Origin: an uncultured Oscillospiraceae bacterium
Lineage (GTDB): Bacteria; Bacillota; Clostridia; Oscillospirales; Oscillospiraceae
Direction: 5' to 3'
Length of the DNA stretch: 56,883 nucleotides
Assembly (NCBI GenBank): GCA_944385715.1
Contig: CALWYI010000001.1
Location: 1-56,883 of the forward strand
The translations under genes were made by a program, and so were the position numbers. This document shows, piece by piece, positions 53,660 through 56,883 of this stretch (its first letter is position 1; each line of letters opens with the position of its first letter). The notes beneath the pieces were generated by a model. That model was not told the origin of the DNA. It saw only the letters and a program-made list of their open reading frames with translations, and did not search any database.

Positions 53660-54334
53660 ATGCCGGCCACACTGCTGATCGTTGACGATGAAAGGGATAT
53701 CCGGGACATGCTCTCCAGCTGCTTTCGCCGCCGGGGCTACCAGGTGCTGTCTGCCAGCGGCGGACAGGAGGCCGTGGCCCTGGCGGCCCGGCAGCCGGAT
53801 CTCATTTTGCTGGATGTGAATATGCCGGACATGGACGGCCTGGAGGTGTGCCGGCGCATCCGGGAGGACGTGTCCTGCCCCATTCTGTTCCTCACCGCCC
53901 GGGTGGAGGATAGCGATAAAATACAGGGCTTTGCCGCCGGGGGAGATGAGTACATCGTCAAGCCCTTCTCCATCGACGTGCTGCTTGCCCAGGTGGAGGC
54001 CCACCTCCGGCGGGACCGGCGGCGGGCGGAGCCCGCCCGGGTCCGCTTCGACGGGGACCTGGTCATCAACTACTCCGACCGCACCGTCCGCCAGGGGGAG
54101 CGGGAGATCCCTCTGGTGAAGAAGGAGTTCGATATCCTGGCCTTTCTGTCCCAGCATCCGGGGCTGGTGTTCGACAAGGAGCGGATTTATGAGCAGGTCT
54201 GGGATTATGACAGCGAGGGGGACAGCGCCGTGGTGGCGGAGCATATCCGCCGCATCCGGGGAAAGCTGGCCGCCGCAGGGGCCCAGCCCTGGATCGAGAC
54301 GGTGTGGGGGTGTGGGTACCGATGGAAAAAGTAA
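53660..54334 (+). CDS. OmpR/PhoB-type response regulator
   Basis: LLIVDDERDIRDML, LDVNMPDMDG, KPF; winged-helix C-terminus ...VWGCGYRW. Confidence 0.9.
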   Translation: MPATLLIVDDERDIRDMLSSCFRRRGYQVLSASGGQEAVALAARQPDLILLDVNMPDMDGLEVCRRIREDVSCPILFLTARVEDSDKIQGFAAGGDEYIVKPFSIDVLLAQVEAHLRRDRRRAEPARVRFDGDLVINYSDRTVRQGEREIPLVKKEFDILAFLSQHPGLVFDKERIYEQVWDYDSEGDSAVVAEHIRRIRGKLAAAGAQPWIETVWGCGYRWKK

Positions 54335-55605
54335 AGGGTCGCCTGCGGGACATGGGCCTTCGTCCCACCTATGTGGTCTACACCCTGACGGCCTTTGTCC
54401 TGGCTACGGCGTTGCTGGTCCTGCTGACCCGGTGCCTGGACAGCGTCCGGGTGGGGCTCTATTTTGAGTACAAGGCCATGGCTGCGGTCTATCCAGTGCC
54501 CGTCGGCGGGGATGTGGATATCGCCTGGGACGCGGTATCCCATGTGACGATCTTGGGCCCAGAGGGGCAGGTAGTGGAGAATCTGTCTGTGGATATGTCC
54601 CGGAATAAATTGGAGCAGAGCTTTGATACGGAAAAGATGACCTTCCAGGTGGTGGTCACGCCGGTTTACAGCGATGGGGACCGGTTCCTCTATGTGGCGG
54701 CGGCAGTGGCGCAGCTCCTGCTGGTGCCGGCATGCTACGGCGGGGCGGCTATTCTCTGTGCGGTCTGGTTCTACCGACGGAAGTTGAAGGAGCCCCTGGC
54801 TATCCTGGACGCCGCCTCCGCCCGGATCGCCGCCGACCAGCTGGACTTTACGGTGTCCTACGACTGCCGGGACGAGATGGGGCGGCTGTGTGCCTCCTTT
54901 GAAAAGATGCGCTCCGCCCTTTTTGACAACCAGAGGGCCACCTGGCGGCAGGTGGAGGAGCGCAGCCGCCTCAACGCCGCCTTCTCCCACGACATGCGCA
55001 CCCCCCTCACGGTCCTCAAGGGCCATGCGGGGATACTGCTCTCCGCCCTGCCGGAGGACAGCATCACCCGGGAAGAGGTGATGGAGGAGGTGAGCGTCAT
55101 GGCCCACCATATTGACCGGCTGGAGAGCTATGTGGAGGCCGTGGCGAGGCTGCGGCGGCTGGAGGATCTGGAGGTCCGGCGTGGTCCTGTGGACCGGGGG
55201 CTGTTCCTGTCCCGGATGCGAGATACGGCGGAGATCCTCCGGGGAGAAAAGATCATCTCCTGGGAGGTCCGGGGGGAGACCATCTGGAACATCGACCGGG
55301 AGGTGGTGGCCCAGGTGGCTGAGAATCTGCTGGTCAACGCCTTCCGCCACGGCAGAAGCGCGGTGCGGGTGCGGATCTCGGCGGAGGAGGGGTCGCTTTG
55401 CCTGGTGGTGTCCGACGACGGCCACGGCTTCTCCCGCCGGGCCCTGGAGCGGGCCACCGAGCCCTTCTACCGGGAGGAGAGGGGGGGACGGATGGGCATG
55501 GGCCTCTACATCTGCCGCCTCCTCTGTGAGCGCCACGGCGGCAGCTTCTCCATCTGCAACAACGCCAAGGGCGGCGGCGTGGCCTGCGCCAGCTTTGCCA
55601 TGTGA
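54322..55605 (+). CDS. sensor histidine kinase (2 TM, HAMP, HisKA, HATPase_c)
   Basis: ATG 54322 (GTG 54304 alternative); H-box FSHDMRTPLT, N-box LLVNAFRHG, G-boxes SDDGHGF, GMGLYICR. Confidence 0.85.
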   Translation: MEKVKGRLRDMGLRPTYVVYTLTAFVLATALLVLLTRCLDSVRVGLYFEYKAMAAVYPVPVGGDVDIAWDAVSHVTILGPEGQVVENLSVDMSRNKLEQSFDTEKMTFQVVVTPVYSDGDRFLYVAAAVAQLLLVPACYGGAAILCAVWFYRRKLKEPLAILDAASARIAADQLDFTVSYDCRDEMGRLCASFEKMRSALFDNQRATWRQVEERSRLNAAFSHDMRTPLTVLKGHAGILLSALPEDSITREEVMEEVSVMAHHIDRLESYVEAVARLRRLEDLEVRRGPVDRGLFLSRMRDTAEILRGEKIISWEVRGETIWNIDREVVAQVAENLLVNAFRHGRSAVRVRISAEEGSLCLVVSDDGHGFSRRALERATEPFYREERGGRMGMGLYICRLLCERHGGSFSICNNAKGGGVACASFAM

Positions 55606-55666
55606 GATTGTCCCGGGAATCGGGTCACGGTGCTCCGCCCCGCGGGAGATGCTTCTGCCGCCGCAA

Positions 55667-55708
55667 GCTGTAAGAAGGAATAACCATTCCTTCTTGCAGC
55701 TATTTTTA
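55667..55708 (+). terminator. intrinsic terminator after the kinase gene
   Basis: 15-bp stem gctgtaagaaggaat/attccttcttgcagc (one G.U) + tattttta. Confidence 0.8.
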
Positions 55709-55861
55709 TGCGGCCGGATGCATATGGCAGGCGGGACGCTCTCCTGCTGACGGCGGAGACCCGCCGGGGCATGGCCCCGTAAGGCAGGGGCGTTTTCTGA
55801 CAGATTTGCGGCAATGTTATCGGTTATGCACAAAACGGCGGCAGAAAAACCGGCATATTTT

Positions 55862-55915
55862 AGAATAAATTTGTATTGCATAAATAAACACTACGCGATA
55901 ATATATATTCATAAA
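55862..55915 (+). promoter_or_regulatory. argG promoter (TTGCAT-17-TAATAT, 55876-55904) overlapped by ARG-box-like AT-rich half-palindromes
   Basis: agaataaatttgtattgcataaataaaca and gataatatatattcat resemble TGAAT-WWWW-ATTCA ArgR/AhrC operators (imperfect). Confidence 0.45.
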
Positions 55916-55942
55916 ACAACAACCCCAACGGAGGTAACTGTT

Positions 55943-56883
55943 ATGAATAAGAAAGAAATCAAAAAGATCGTGCTGGCCTATTCCGGCGGCCTGGATACAT
56001 CCATCATCATCCCCTGGCTGAAGGAGAACTACAACAACCCCGAGATCATCGCCGTGGCCGGCGATGTGGGCCAGAACGACGAGCTGGAGGGCCTGGAGGA
56101 GAAGGCTCTCAAGACCGGCGCCAGCAAGCTGTACGTCATGGACCTGGTGGACGAGATGGTGGACGACGTCATCATCCCCTCCATGATGATGGGCGCCAAG
56201 TACGAGGACTACCTGCTGGGCACCGCCTTCGCCCGTCCCATCATCGCCAAGGGCCTGGTGGAGATCGCTAAGAAGGAGGGGGCCGACGCCATCGCCCACG
56301 GCTGCACCGGCAAGGGCAACGACCAGATCCGCTTCGAGCTGGCCATCAAGCGCTTCGCCCCCGAGATGACCATCATCGCCCCCTGGCGTGAGTGGGACAT
56401 CAAGAGCCGCAACGAGGAGATCGACTACGCCGAGGCCCACAACGTGCCGCTGAAGATCAGCCGGGAGACCAGCTACTCCAAGGATAAGAACCTCTGGCAT
56501 CTGAGCCATGAGGGCCTGGATCTGGAGGACCCCGCCAGCGAGCCCCAGTACGACAAGCCCGGCTTCCTGGAGATGGGCGTGTCCCCCGCCATGGCCCCCG
56601 ACGAGCCCACCTATGTGACCATCGACTTCGAGCAGGGCAAGCCCGTGGCCCTCAACGGCGAGAAGATGAAGGCCAGCACCATGATCGCCAAGCTCAACGA
56701 CATCGGCGGCAAGAACGGCATCGGCCTTCTGGACATCGTGGAGAACCGGATGACCGGCATGAAGGACCGCGGCGTCTATGAGACCCCCGGCGGCTCCATC
56801 CTCTATCGGGCCCACGAGGTGCTGGAGATGATCACCATCGACAAGGACACCAAGCACATGAAGAGCAAGCTGGCTGTGGACTT
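55943..56883 (+). CDS. argG: argininosuccinate synthase, 3'-truncated by window edge (absent from ORF track)
   Basis: Own translation: [30 protein letters not shown]..., [23 protein letters not shown]; listed minus ORF 55817..56857 is its shadow. Confidence 0.95.
   Translation, partial: MNKKEIKKIVLAYSGGLDTSIIIPWLKENYNNPEIIAVAGDVGQNDELEGLEEKALKTGASKLYVMDLVDEMVDDVIIPSMMMGAKYEDYLLGTAFARPIIAKGLVEIAKKEGADAIAHGCTGKGNDQIRFELAIKRFAPEMTIIAPWREWDIKSRNEEIDYAEAHNVPLKISRETSYSKDKNLWHLSHEGLDLEDPASEPQYDKPGFLEMGVSPAMAPDEPTYVTIDFEQGKPVALNGEKMKASTMIAKLNDIGGKNGIGLLDIVENRMTGMKDRGVYETPGGSILYRAHEVLEMITIDKDTKHMKSKLAVD

Noticed and set aside
1-56883. Prophage, integrative element with recombinase, defence island, toxin-antitoxin pair or secondary-metabolite cluster
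   Set aside because: No integrase, transposase, phage structural, restriction-modification, Cas, retron RT, or TA-like small gene pairs were recognisable. Every ORF with an RBS has a housekeeping, transport or regulatory-type signature, or is listed as hypothetical.

Overview
This is a 56.9-kb, visibly GC-rich chromosomal segment with strong G/C bias at third codon positions. It comes from a spore-forming Firmicute; the spoIVFA/spoIVFB pair, a SpoVK-like AAA+ gene and rodA point to Clostridia, probably Oscillospiraceae (inference only). I call 48 CDS. Two run off the window edges and are missing from the ORF track: a solute-binding lipoprotein at 1-1203(-) and argG at 55943->56883(+).

The content is mostly core metabolism and cell envelope:
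- a solute-binding protein plus YesM/YesN-type two-component system
- an aminotransferase / class II aldolase / TetR / FGGY-kinase / GtrA operon
- MATE, TrkAH, a polysaccharide deacetylase, tsaEB, pdxK, upp
- the ssnA-ygfK pair (purine/selenium-associated)
- niaR, a DEAD-box helicase, ackA, tmcAL
- a PucR-controlled five-gene corrinoid methyltransferase system
- the TIGR03960/TIGR03936 radical SAM pair
- a GT2-GtrA / acyltransferase / TVP38 / OmpR-type two-component envelope block

I found no rRNA, tRNA, CRISPR array, transposase, integrase, phage gene or recognisable defence gene. Most long ORFs in the track are GC-rich shadow frames antisense to or overlapping real genes.

I did not find a convincing new protein-coding system. 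The most unusual signal is non-coding. Three short gene-less inserts (137, 141 and 202 bp) each sit between long direct duplications (40, 70 and 26 bp) of the 3' end of an intact gene. Two of the inserts are homologous to each other. All belong to a modular family of GC-rich hairpin repeats in which compensatory substitutions preserve the stems. That family also fills an 848-nt gap between ssnA and ygfK. A riboswitch-like terminator/antiterminator leader precedes ssnA. Every family assignment is from motif recognition by eye; no database search was possible.
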